Shown in pieces: positions 27,406-36,762 of a DNA stretch of 64,000 bases. The stretch is taken from assembly GCA_028817435.1 (NCBI GenBank), contig JAPPPQ010000048.1, positions 679 to 64,678 of the forward strand, given 5' to 3'. The notes under the pieces are model-generated. The model was not told the origin of the DNA and did not search any database. It saw only the letters and a program-made list of their open reading frames with translations. This DNA comes from Deltaproteobacteria bacterium (GTDB taxonomy: Bacteria > Myxococcota_A > UBA9160 > UBA6930). Both the position numbers and the translations under genes were made by a program. Numbering within the stretch: position 1 is the first letter of the stretch; each line of letters starts with the position of its first letter.

Positions 27406-27450
27406 GGCGGGGCGGGCGGAGGGGCTGGCGGGCGCTAGCATGGGGGCGGG

Positions 27451-28446
27451 ATGGGGGATCGCGCAGGGGAAATCCGCGTTGCGCTCGAAGCCGTGCGCGC
27501 TGCCTGCCGGGCGTGCCGGGCCGTGCAGCAGCGGCTGGCGGGGGCGGCCCTTGAGAAGGCGGACCGCAGCCCGGTCACCGTGGCCGACTTCGCCGCCCAG
27601 GCCATCATTTGCCAGCGGCTGGGGGCGGCCTTTCCCGGCGACGCCGTGGTGGGCGAGGAGGGCTCGGCGGCCCTGCGCGGCAACGGCGCGGCGCAGGCGC
27701 TGATTGCGCAGGTGGCGGCCTTTGCCGGGGCGGAAGCGCCCGGCGCGGATGCGGCCAGCGTCCTCGACTGGATTGACCGGGGCGGCGCAGACGGCGGCAG
27801 CGAGCGCTACTGGGCCCTGGACCCCGTGGATGGCACCAAGGGCTTCCTGCGCGGCGAGCAGTTCGCCGTGGCGCTGGCCCTGGTCGAGGCGGGCGAGGTG
27901 GTGCTCGGCGTCCTCGGCTGCCCGAGCCTGCCGCAGGATGCGGGCGAAGGCGCAGATTCAGCGGCGGCGGGCGCGAGCGCGCTGTTTTCGGCGCTGCGCG
28001 GCGGGGGGGCGCGGGTGCACAGGCTCTGGGATGCGGCAGATGCGGCGGGGCGGGCCATTGCGGTGGCGCAGACCGGCGATCCGGCGCAGGCGCGCTTTTG
28101 CGAATCCGTGGAAGCCGCCCACTCGGACCAGGAAGAGGCGGCGCGCATTGCCGCGCGGCTCGGCATTCGCCGGCCGCCGCTGCGCATGGACAGCCAGTGC
28201 AAATACGCCGCAGTGGCCCGGGGCGACGCCGAGATTTACCTGCGCATGCCGACGAGCAGCGCCTACCGCGAGAAAATCTGGGATCACGCCGCGGGGGCGC
28301 TGTTGGTGGAAGAGGCCGGCGGGCGCGTCACCGACGCCCGGGGCCGCCGCCTTGATTTTCGCCAGGGCCGCCACCTGCAGCAGAACCACGGCGTGGTCGC
28401 CACCTGCGGCGCGCTGCACGAACAGGTGCTGAAAGCAATCTGCTAG
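27451..28446 (+). CDS. 3'(2'),5'-bisphosphate nucleotidase (HAL2/SAL1-type, inositol monophosphatase superfamily)
   Basis: Motifs [22 protein letters not shown] and [15 protein letters not shown]. Confidence 0.8.
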   Translation: MGDRAGEIRVALEAVRAACRACRAVQQRLAGAALEKADRSPVTVADFAAQAIICQRLGAAFPGDAVVGEEGSAALRGNGAAQALIAQVAAFAGAEAPGADAASVLDWIDRGGADGGSERYWALDPVDGTKGFLRGEQFAVALALVEAGEVVLGVLGCPSLPQDAGEGADSAAAGASALFSALRGGGARVHRLWDAADAAGRAIAVAQTGDPAQARFCESVEAAHSDQEEAARIAARLGIRRPPLRMDSQCKYAAVARGDAEIYLRMPTSSAYREKIWDHAAGALLVEEAGGRVTDARGRRLDFRQGRHLQQNHGVVATCGALHEQVLKAIC

Positions 28447-28457
28447 CGTATGCGCCC

Positions 28458-29861
28458 ATGCCGGGGCAGAGCCTGTTCGAGAAGATCTGGAAGGCCCACA
28501 CGGTGCGCGAGCTGCCGGGTGGGCAGACGCAACTGTTCATCGGCATGCATCTGATTCACGAGGTCACCAGCCCGCAGGCATTCGCCATGCTGCGCGAAAT
28601 GAAGCTGCCGCTGCGCTTTCCCGAACGCACCTTCGCCACCATTGACCACATCGTCCCGACGGATTCCCAGCGGCGGCCCTTTGCCGATTCTCTCGCCGAG
28701 GAAATGACGCAGGCCCTCGAAGCCAACTGCGCCGAGCACGGCATCGCCTTCTTCGACGCGGCGAGCCGCCGCCAGGGCATCGTCCATGTGATCGGCCCCG
28801 AACTGGGACTCACCCAGCCGGGCATGACCATCGCCTGCGGCGACAGCCACACCGCCACCCACGGCGCGCTGGGCGCCATTGCCTTCGGCATCGGCACCAG
28901 CCAGGTGCGCGATGTGCTGGCCACGCAGTGCCTCGCCATGGCCCGCCCGAAACTGCGCCGCATTGAAATTGACGGCAAGCTCGGCGGCGGCGTCTATGCC
29001 AAGGATGTGATTCTCCATGTGATCCGGCGCCTCGGCGTGAAGGGCGGCGTCGGCTTCGCCTACGAATATGCCGGCCCGGTCATCGAGGCCATGTCCATGG
29101 AAGAGCGCCTCACCGTCTGCAATATGTCCATTGAGGGCGGCGCGCGGGCCGGTTATGTGAACCCCGACGAGACCACCTTTGCCTATTTGCGCGGGCGGCC
29201 CTTTGCGCCCGAGGGCGAATCTTTTGAGCGCGCAGCAAAGTGGTGGCGCAGCCAGGCCAGCGATGCAGACGCCGCCTACGACGACTGCAAAACCTTCGAC
29301 GGCGCAGAAATCTCTCCCACCGTCACCTGGGGGCTGAACCCGGGGCAGGCCTGCGGGGTGGATGAAGCCCTGCCGAGGCTGCAGGATTTGCCCGATTCCG
29401 AGCGCGCCGGATTCAGCGAGGCTATTTCTTTCATGGGCTTCCGCGCGGGCGAGCCGCTGGCCGGCACGAAGATTGACGCCGCCTTCATCGGCTCGTGCAC
29501 AAACGGGCGCATTTCCGATTTGCGCGACGCAGCCCGGGTGGCGCGCAGCGGCCGCGTGGCCCCCGGCGTGCGCGCACTGGTGGTGCCGGGCTCGCAAGAG
29601 GTGGCGCGCGCGGCGCGCAGCGAGGGATTGGACCGCGCGTTCAGCGAGGCGGGCTTCGAGTTCCGGGAGCCCGGCTGCTCCATGTGCCTGGCGATGAATC
29701 CCGACAAGCTGCGCGGGCGCGAAATCTGCGCTTCCAGCAGCAACCGCAACTTCAAGGGCCGCCAGGGTTCGCCCACCGGCCGCACGCTGCTCATGTCTCC
29801 CGCCATGGTGGCGGCCGCCGCGCTGCGCGGCGAGGTAGTGGATGTGAGGGAGCTTTTGTAA
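28458..29861 (+). CDS. leuC: 3-isopropylmalate dehydratase large subunit
   Basis: Motifs [32 protein letters not shown] and CSMCLAMN. Confidence 0.92.
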   Translation: MPGQSLFEKIWKAHTVRELPGGQTQLFIGMHLIHEVTSPQAFAMLREMKLPLRFPERTFATIDHIVPTDSQRRPFADSLAEEMTQALEANCAEHGIAFFDAASRRQGIVHVIGPELGLTQPGMTIACGDSHTATHGALGAIAFGIGTSQVRDVLATQCLAMARPKLRRIEIDGKLGGGVYAKDVILHVIRRLGVKGGVGFAYEYAGPVIEAMSMEERLTVCNMSIEGGARAGYVNPDETTFAYLRGRPFAPEGESFERAAKWWRSQASDADAAYDDCKTFDGAEISPTVTWGLNPGQACGVDEALPRLQDLPDSERAGFSEAISFMGFRAGEPLAGTKIDAAFIGSCTNGRISDLRDAARVARSGRVAPGVRALVVPGSQEVARAARSEGLDRAFSEAGFEFREPGCSMCLAMNPDKLRGREICASSSNRNFKGRQGSPTGRTLLMSPAMVAAAALRGEVVDVRELL

Positions 29862-29864
29862 GCC

Positions 29865-30464
29865 ATGGCCGAATCCATCCGCCGCATTGAGGGAAGCGCC
29901 TGCGTGTTGCGCGGCAACGACACGGATACCGACCGCATTTTGCCCGCGCGCTATCTGCGCTGCACCACCTTCGACGGGCTCGGCGAGCACGCCTTTGCCG
30001 ACGACCGCGCCGAAGCCAATGGCGCGCACCCCCTGGATCAGCAGCGCTTTGCCAATGCCGCCATTCTCATCGTCGGGCGCAACTTCGGCTGCGGCTCTTC
30101 CCGGGAGCACGCGCCGCAATCGCTCATGCGCCGGGGCTTCCGCGCCTTCGTGGGCGAATCCTTCGCCGAAATCTTCGCCGGCAACTGCACCGCGCTGGGG
30201 CTGCCCTGCGCCACTCTGGAAGCCGCGCAACTCGAGCAGCTCATGCAATCCGTCGAGGCGCAGCCCGGCCAAAAGCTCGCGCTGGACCTGGAACGCCGCC
30301 GGCTTCACTGCGCACTGGGCGAGCTCTCCACCGATTTTCAAGAGTCCGCGCGCAGCGCCCTCACCGGCGGAAGCTGGAACGCCACCGCCGTGCTGCTCGA
30401 AGCCGGGGCCGCCATTGAGAAAACCGCCCGCGCCCTGCCCTACACCGCGCGCTCCTCCGGCTGA
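29865..30464 (+). CDS. leuD: 3-isopropylmalate dehydratase small subunit
   Basis: Motifs DTDRILPARYL and GRNFGCGSSREHAP. It starts 3 nt after leuC. Confidence 0.9.
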   Translation: MAESIRRIEGSACVLRGNDTDTDRILPARYLRCTTFDGLGEHAFADDRAEANGAHPLDQQRFANAAILIVGRNFGCGSSREHAPQSLMRRGFRAFVGESFAEIFAGNCTALGLPCATLEAAQLEQLMQSVEAQPGQKLALDLERRRLHCALGELSTDFQESARSALTGGSWNATAVLLEAGAAIEKTARALPYTARSSG

Positions 30465-30478
30465 TTGCTTCGCCCGGC

Positions 30479-31444
30479 TCAGCCGGTCGGCAAATCCTTC
30501 GCCCAGCTTCGGTTCGCCTCATACCACTCGGCGGTGCGGCGAATGCCCTCTTCGAGGCCGACTTCGGGGGACCAGTCCAGCAGGCTGCGGGCGCGATCAA
30601 TGCAGGCGGCGGTGCGCTGCGGATCTGCGGGGTGCGGCGGCCGGGTTTCAATCTCTGCGCGGCGGCCGGTGTGGCGCTCCACCAGGGCGATGAGCTCGCG
30701 CAATTTGTGGGGAGAATCGCCGCCGAGATTCACCACCGCGTAGCCCAGGGGGCGCAGCGCGGAGACAGTGCCGCGCGCGACATCGTCCACATAGGTGAAA
30801 TCCCGGGACATACTGCCGTCGCCGAACACCATAATGGGGCGGCCTTCGCGGATGCCCTGCACAAAGCGGAACACGGCCATATCCGGGCGGCCCGAAGGAC
30901 CATAGACGGTGAAATAGCGCAGCACCGTCACATCGAGTCCGTGCAGCGCGTGCCAGGTGTGGGCGAAGTGTTCGGCTGCGCCCTTCGAGGCCGCGTAGGG
31001 CGAGAGGGGGTGGATGGCCTGCTCTTCGCGGAAGGGCGCTTCGCCCCGGCCGTAGAGACTGGAGGTGGAGGCCAGCACGAACTTGCCGATGCCGCGCTCG
31101 CTGCACAACTCCAGCAGGTTCAGATTGCCCGCCACATTGGCGCGCAAAAAGCGCCAGGGGTCGGCGACGCTGGCGCGCACCCCCGCCTGCGCCGCCAGGT
31201 TGATCACCGCGTCGAAGGATTCGCCGGGCACGGCGGCGCGCAGCGCGGCGCGCTCCGCCACATCCACCTCGGCGAAGCGAAAACCCGCTGCGCCGCGCAG
31301 CCCGGCGAGGCGGCGCAGCTTGATCTCCCGGTTGAAGTCGTTGAGATCGTCGAGGCCGAAAACCTCGTCTCCACGCGCGAGCAACTGCTGCGCCGTGCGC
31401 AGCGCGATGAAACCCGCTGCGCCCGCGAGCACAATGCGCGCCAT
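30479..31444 (-). CDS. NAD-dependent nucleotide-sugar epimerase/dehydratase (SDR family, UDP-glucuronate 4-epimerase-like)
   Basis: ATG at 31444. Rossmann motif LAGAAGFIA and catalytic PYAASKGAAE (YxxxK). Confidence 0.75.
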   Translation of the reverse strand: MARIVLAGAAGFIALRTAQQLLARGDEVFGLDDLNDFNREIKLRRLAGLRGAAGFRFAEVDVAERAALRAAVPGESFDAVINLAAQAGVRASVADPWRFLRANVAGNLNLLELCSERGIGKFVLASTSSLYGRGEAPFREEQAIHPLSPYAASKGAAEHFAHTWHALHGLDVTVLRYFTVYGPSGRPDMAVFRFVQGIREGRPIMVFGDGSMSRDFTYVDDVARGTVSALRPLGYAVVNLGGDSPHKLRELIALVERHTGRRAEIETRPPHPADPQRTAACIDRARSLLDWSPEVGLEEGIRRTAEWYEANRSWAKDLPTG

Positions 31445-31500
31445 CTGGACCTCCCCGCAACAGCTTAGCAGCGCGGAGCAATTTCGATACACTGCGGAGC

Positions 31501-32358
31501 ATGAAGCGATCCCGGCTCGCAGTAGCCGCGGGGTTTTGCGGCGGGCTCGGCCTGTTTCTGGCGGCGGCGGGGCCGCTGCTGATTTGGGCGGGGGCCATCT
31601 CGCCCATCTTCGGCTTCAGCCGCTTTTATCTGCTGGGCATGCTGTTGGGGGTGGCCGCCCTGCCCTTGGCGCTGGGCGCGCTGCACACCACCCGACGCGC
31701 GGCCGCGCGGGGCGGCCGGCAACTCGCCTGGCTCGGCTGCGGCGCGGGCGCAGTGCTGCTGGCCCTGCTGCTCCACGGCATGGCGGCGGCCCGCGGCGTG
31801 CCCCCCATCAACGACATCACCACCAACCCCGCAGATCCGCCCGCTCTTTCCGCCGCCGCCACAAAAGGAGCGGGCGCGCCGGCCTATCCCGCCGCCTTCG
31901 CCGCAAAGCAGCGCAGCGCCTATCCCGATCTCGCGCCGCTGCAGAGCGCGCTGTCCGCAGATCGCGCTCTGGTGCGCGCCGAAGCCGCCGCCCGCAAGCT
32001 GGGCTGGCAAGGCGTGCGCGTGCTGCGCGCAGAGGGCGGCGGCGCGCTGCACGCGCGCGAAGTGAGCGCGGTGTTCCGCTTCGTGGACGATGTGGCGGTG
32101 CGCGTGCGCCCCCGGAATGGCGGCGCGCAAGTAGATCTGCGCTCGCGCTCCCGGGTGGGCCGCTCCGATCTCGGCGCAAACGCCGCGCGCATCCGCGCCT
32201 TCACGCGCGAATTTCAATCCTCGCAGGGCTCGGGAGATTCGCGGGAAGCGCGGTTGGCGGAATTTTCGGCAGACCAGCGGATGGCCTCGCCGGCCTCGGC
32301 GCGCTCGGCCTCCAGAAATTTTGCGACGGCGCGGGACAAACGCGGATCGCGCAGGTAG
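31501..32358 (+). CDS. DUF1499-family membrane-associated protein
   Basis: N-terminal TM segments. The C-terminal block VDLRSRSRVGRSDLGANAARIRAF fits the DUF1499 pattern. The last ~48 aa are low-complexity and are encoded antisense to the next gene. Confidence 0.55.
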   Translation: MKRSRLAVAAGFCGGLGLFLAAAGPLLIWAGAISPIFGFSRFYLLGMLLGVAALPLALGALHTTRRAAARGGRQLAWLGCGAGAVLLALLLHGMAAARGVPPINDITTNPADPPALSAAATKGAGAPAYPAAFAAKQRSAYPDLAPLQSALSADRALVRAEAAARKLGWQGVRVLRAEGGGALHAREVSAVFRFVDDVAVRVRPRNGGAQVDLRSRSRVGRSDLGANAARIRAFTREFQSSQGSGDSREARLAEFSADQRMASPASARSASRNFATARDKRGSRR

Positions 32359-33392
32359 TGGTAGCTCCAGGTCGGTGCGGCATCGAAGCCGCGCCATTTT
32401 TTGTAATGGCCGCCTGCGCCGGGTTCAAAGCGCGCCAGCCCGCGCTCAATGCAGTGCTCAATGCCGGCGTAGTAGCAGACATTGAAATGCAGGTGGCGCA
32501 GCTCCCGGAAAGCTCCCCAGTAGCGCCCGTAGAGCACCTCCCCCTTTTGCAGGTTGAAGGTGCCCGCCAGCAGTTCGCCGCCGCAGCGCGCCACAATAAA
32601 GCAGAGCCGGTGGCGGAAGCGCTGCGCCAACAACTCGAAAAACTCGCGGTTCAAATACTGGCGGCCCCAGGGATTGCCGTGAATGGTCGCGAGATAAATG
32701 CGGAACATCGGCTCAAAAAGCTCGGCGGGAATCTCATCGCCCGCAAGCCGCTCAATGACAACGCCCTGCTCTGCCAGCGCGCGGCGCTCGCGGCGCACCT
32801 GATTGCGGCGCTTGCTGCGCAGACTGCCGAGATATTCCTCAAAACTCGCAAAGCCGCGGTTTTGCCAGTGATACTGCAGCCCCAGCCGGGGCAGATAGCC
32901 CGCGCCACCGAGCGCCGCGCCCTCATCGGGCCGGCAAAAATTCACATGCACGCCGGAAAGCTCGTGCTCGGTGCAGAGATTGCGCAGCGCCGCGGCCAGC
33001 AGGCGGGCCCGCCGCGCGCGCTCGGCCGCCGCGGCCTGCCCGGTGAGAAAGCGCGCGCCGCTGACCGGCGTGAAGGGCACCCCCACCAGCAGCTTCGGGT
33101 AGTAGGCAATGCCCGCGCGCTGCGCCGCGTCGGCCCAGCCCCAGTCAAAGACAAACTCGCCCTCGCTGTGCCCCTTCAGATACAGCGGGCAGGCGGCGAT
33201 CAGCTCTCCCGCTTCGCGCAACAGCAGCGGGCGCGGCGCCCAGCCCGTCTGCTCGCCGACGCAGCCCGCCTCTTCCAGCGAGGCCAGCCACTCCCATTCC
33301 AGAAAGGGAGATTCGCCGGCCACCAGCGCGTTCCACTGCTCGCGCGGAATCTCGCCCACACCGCCGCGCAGCTCCAGTTCCAGCTCGGCCAT
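32214..33392 (-). CDS. DUF482 / FemAB-like GNAT-fold protein
   Basis: ATG at 33392 (MAELELELRG). Blocks EWEWLASLEEAG, CPLYLKGHSEGEFVFDWGWA, YYPKLLVGVPFTP and FEPGAGGHYK are typical of this family. Confidence 0.65.
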   Translation of the reverse strand: MAELELELRGGVGEIPREQWNALVAGESPFLEWEWLASLEEAGCVGEQTGWAPRPLLLREAGELIAACPLYLKGHSEGEFVFDWGWADAAQRAGIAYYPKLLVGVPFTPVSGARFLTGQAAAAERARRARLLAAALRNLCTEHELSGVHVNFCRPDEGAALGGAGYLPRLGLQYHWQNRGFASFEEYLGSLRSKRRNQVRRERRALAEQGVVIERLAGDEIPAELFEPMFRIYLATIHGNPWGRQYLNREFFELLAQRFRHRLCFIVARCGGELLAGTFNLQKGEVLYGRYWGAFRELRHLHFNVCYYAGIEHCIERGLARFEPGAGGHYKKWRGFDAAPTWSYHYLRDPRLSRAVAKFLEAERAEAGEAIRWSAENSANRASRESPEPCED

Positions 33393-33466
33393 CCCGCCCA
33401 GTGTAGCCCGGCGGCGCCTGCGGGGCAGAGTTGCCCCGCCCCCGGGGCTTGCATATTCTCCCACAC

Positions 33467-33808
33467 ATGGCGGCGGGCGGCGCAGGCGCGCCGGGAGAGC
33501 GGCGCAAGTGGCGGGGGCGGGAAGCCGTCGCCGAGAAGACCCGCAAGCGGGTGGCGCAGCCCCCCCGCTTCAAGGTGCTGCTGTTCAACGACGACTACAC
33601 GCCCATGACCTTCGTGGTGAGCCTGCTGGAGAGCCTGTTCGAGAAGAGTCCGGTGGAATCGAATGCGCTGATGCTGAAGATTCACCGCAGCGGCTCCGGC
33701 GTGGCCGGCATCTATACGCTGGAGATTGCCGAGACCAAAGTGGCGTCGGTGCACCGGCTGGCCGAGAGCAACGGCTTTCCGCTGCGCGCGGGAGTGGAGG
33801 AGACTTGA
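33467..33808 (+). CDS. clpS: ATP-dependent Clp protease adaptor ClpS
   Basis: Core FKVLLFNDDYTPMTFVVSLLE. The ATG at 33467 gives a normal-length N-terminal extension. Confidence 0.88.
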   Translation: MAAGGAGAPGERRKWRGREAVAEKTRKRVAQPPRFKVLLFNDDYTPMTFVVSLLESLFEKSPVESNALMLKIHRSGSGVAGIYTLEIAETKVASVHRLAESNGFPLRAGVEET

Positions 33809-36078
33809 GCCGCATCAACCGCGAACTGCAGATGACCATTGAGGCATCGCTGCGCGAGGCGGTGGCGCGCCGCCACAGCCACCTGACCGTCGAGCATCTG
33901 CTCTACGCCCTGGCCCACGATGACGCCGGCGCCGATGTGCTGCGCAGCGTGGGGGTGGACATCGCCTGGCTGCGCGCCGAATTGGAGCGCTTCTTCGAGG
34001 AGCATGTGAAGCGCAGCGGCGGCGAAACCGGCGAGGACGCCGAAGACGAGACCGGCGGCCCGGCGCAGACCCTGGCCTTTCACCGCGTCATCAAGGCCGC
34101 CCTGCACAACGCGGCCGGCGCAGAAAAGGAAGAGGTGGAAGCGGGCGACCTGCTCAGCGCCATTTTGGGCGAGCCCGATTCCCACGCCGTCGAGTTGCTG
34201 CGCGCGCAGGATGTCTCGCGCCTCGATGTGACGAAGTTCGTCTCCCACGGCATCCGCAAGCCGCTCTCCGGCCGGGCCGGCGCGGGCGCTGGAAGCGGCG
34301 CAGCGCTGGAAGAGGAAGGCGCGCCCGACGATCCGCTGGCCGCCTTCGCCACCGAGTTGACCGAGCGCGCGGCGCAGGGGCATTTGGATCCGCTGGTGGG
34401 GCGCGAGAGCGAACTCGACCGCGCGGTGCACATTCTGGCGCGGCGGCGCAAGAACAACCCCATCTTCGTCGGAGAAAGCGGCGTGGGCAAGACCGCGCTG
34501 GCCGAGGGGCTGGCCCAGCGCATCTGCGCTGAGCGCGTGCCCGAGAATCTGCAGGGCGCGGAGATCTTCGCGCTGGATCTCGGCGCGCTGCTGGCCGGCA
34601 CCCGCTACCGGGGCGATTTCGAGGAGCGCTTCAAGGCGCTGGTGGCCGCGTTGCGCGAGCGCGACAACCCCGTCCTGTTCATTGACGAGATTCACATGGT
34701 GCTCGGCGCGGGCGCGGCGCAGGGCGCCACGGTGGACGCCTCGAATATGCTGAAGCCGCTGCTGCAATCGGGAGAGCTGCGCTGCATGGGCTCCACCACC
34801 TATCGGGAATACCGCCACTTCGAGCGCGACCGCGCGCTGGCGCGGCGCTTTCAGCGCATAGAGGTGCGCGAGCCCAGCGCGCGGGAGGCCACCCGCATTG
34901 TGGAGGGCCTTGCGCCGCGCTACGAGGAGCACCACGGCGTCCACTACACAAAGCCCGCCCTGCGCGCCGCCGTCGAGCTTTCGGCGCGTCACCTGAACGA
35001 CCGCTTCCTGCCCGACAAGGCCATTGATGTGATGGACGAAGCCGGCGCAGCGGTGCGCCTGCGCCCCGGCGCATCCAAGCGCCGCACGGTGAGCGCCCGC
35101 GATATTGAATTGCTGATTGCGCGCATGACCGGCACGCCGCTGGCCCGCGCCACCAGCAGCGAGCGCGTCCGCCTGGAAGCGCTGGAAGGCGATCTGCGCA
35201 GGGCGGTGTTCGGGCAGGACGCCGCCATCAGCACGGTGGTGAGCGCGGTGAAGCGCAGCCGCGCGGGCCTGGCCTCTCCCGACCGCCCCGTCGGCTGCTT
35301 CCTCTTCATGGGGCCCACCGGAGTGGGCAAGACCGAACTGGCGCGGCAACTCGCCAGCACCCTCGGCCTGCCCTTCCTGCGCTTCGATATGTCGGAGTAT
35401 ATGGAGAAGCACGCCGTGGCCCGGCTGATCGGCGCACCCCCCGGCTATGTGGGCTACGACGAGGGCGGGCAGCTGGTGGAGAGCATCCGCAAATCGCCCC
35501 ACGCCGTGCTGCTGCTGGACGAAATTGAGAAAGCGCACCGCGACATCTTCGACATTCTGCTGCAGGTGATGGATCGCGCCACGCTCACCGACAATCACGG
35601 GCGCGAGGCCGACTTTCGCCATGTGGCGCTGATCATGACCTCGAATGTGGGCGCGCGCGAAATGGAAAAGCCCGCCATCGGCTTCGCCGGCCAGCGCAAG
35701 AGCGGCAAGAGCGCCTTCGAGCGCATGTTCAGCCCCGAGTTCCGCAACCGCCTCGACGAGGTGGTGCAATTCAACCCGCTCAGCCCGGAGGTCATGGGCC
35801 GCGTGGTGGACAAGTTTCTGGACGAGGTGCGGGAGCAGTTGCGCGAAAAGAAGGTGAGCCTGCGCGTCTCTGCCGAAGCGCGGGCCTGGCTCGCCGAAAA
35901 GGGCTACGACCCCCACTTCGGCGCGCGCCCCCTCGGCCGCATCATCCAGCGCGAGCTCAAGGACTTGCTCTCCGACGCGCTGCTCTTCGGCCGCCTCGAA
36001 AAGGGCGGCGCCGCCCATGTGGACCTCACCCCCACCCGCAACGCCCTGCAACTCACCCCCGAACACCCCCCGCAGTAG
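33805..36078 (+). CDS. clpA: ATP-dependent Clp protease ATP-binding subunit ClpA
   Basis: The TTG start overlaps the clpS stop (TTGA). N-domain LTVEHLLYAL, Walker A motifs GESGVGKTA and GPTGVGKTE, and no ClpB-type long middle domain. Confidence 0.88.
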   Translation: MSRINRELQMTIEASLREAVARRHSHLTVEHLLYALAHDDAGADVLRSVGVDIAWLRAELERFFEEHVKRSGGETGEDAEDETGGPAQTLAFHRVIKAALHNAAGAEKEEVEAGDLLSAILGEPDSHAVELLRAQDVSRLDVTKFVSHGIRKPLSGRAGAGAGSGAALEEEGAPDDPLAAFATELTERAAQGHLDPLVGRESELDRAVHILARRRKNNPIFVGESGVGKTALAEGLAQRICAERVPENLQGAEIFALDLGALLAGTRYRGDFEERFKALVAALRERDNPVLFIDEIHMVLGAGAAQGATVDASNMLKPLLQSGELRCMGSTTYREYRHFERDRALARRFQRIEVREPSAREATRIVEGLAPRYEEHHGVHYTKPALRAAVELSARHLNDRFLPDKAIDVMDEAGAAVRLRPGASKRRTVSARDIELLIARMTGTPLARATSSERVRLEALEGDLRRAVFGQDAAISTVVSAVKRSRAGLASPDRPVGCFLFMGPTGVGKTELARQLASTLGLPFLRFDMSEYMEKHAVARLIGAPPGYVGYDEGGQLVESIRKSPHAVLLLDEIEKAHRDIFDILLQVMDRATLTDNHGREADFRHVALIMTSNVGAREMEKPAIGFAGQRKSGKSAFERMFSPEFRNRLDEVVQFNPLSPEVMGRVVDKFLDEVREQLREKKVSLRVSAEARAWLAEKGYDPHFGARPLGRIIQRELKDLLSDALLFGRLEKGGAAHVDLTPTRNALQLTPEHPPQ

Positions 36079-36217
36079 CGCCCAAAGCCCCTCTCCCTGC
36101 CCTTACCGAGGCTTCCCCCAGGGGGAAAAAAATTAGCCCCCTTTCCTCAAAAAGGGTTGACAATCCCCCCAGCGGAGCAACAATTCGCCCCGGATTGGGG
36201 ATTCCCGGTCGGCAACT

Positions 36218-36250
36218 GGCCTCGGCGGAACTGCCGGGGCCTTTTGTTAT
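36218..36250 (+). terminator. Candidate rho-independent terminator downstream of clpA
   Basis: GGCCTCGGC-ggaact-GCCGGGGCC forms a 9-bp stem with one G:U pair, followed by TTTTGTTAT. Confidence 0.5.
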
Positions 36251-36743
36251 TCGGGGAAGACTTTCAGCCCCCACCCCCACAATTTTCCGCTCGGATCTCT
36301 GTCGAATTTCGCCTTCAGCACCTCAAATGCCCGATTCCCCTGGGCGGGCTTCCACACCGACATCCCAACCGGGTGCGCAAACAAATCCGCCAATTGCAGC
36401 CCCGCAGAATTGCTCTTCTTGTCTGCAAAGACGAGTTCGAAGGGAAGCCGGGCATTTCTGTAATTGCCTCCACCGGCAACGCGCAAAAACTCCAACTCCA
36501 ACTCGCGATCTTCTCTCTTGCCCCGGCTCTCCACAACAATATGGGCAAGGCGCCGGTCCTGTCCCTTCTTTGCGAGAAAAGCGAACACCCGCTCCAGACC
36601 GTATTTCAGAGCAATGTGGTAAGGGTTGGCCGGAATATGCAAAACGCCAGCACGAATACCGGATAGCCGGGGTCAATTGAGCCGAGTCCGTGGTCCCCGC
36701 TCTCATCCACATACACGATGTAATCGCTGAATTCCCCGCTCAC
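36247..36743 (-). pseudogene. DUF3800-like gene interrupted by a frameshift near 36640-36650
   Basis: From GTG 36743 the frame reads VSGEFSDYIVYVDESGDHGLGSIDPGYPVFVLAFC and stops at 36606. The remaining 131 aa (36642..36247: ...IVVESRGKREDRELELEF...SNSAGLQLADLFAHP) are in another frame. This segment is AT-richer than its surroundings. Confidence 0.5.
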
Positions 36744-36762
36744 GAACGGGCAGCCTAGCGGA

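Noticed and set aside
24601-27441. 946-aa minus-strand ORF spanning the crotonase and SLC13 permease genes. The same applies to 28443..30341, 31065..33608 and 33712..36066.
   Set aside because: They are antisense to genes with clear family motifs (leuC, clpA and others), and their composition is a high-GC artefact.
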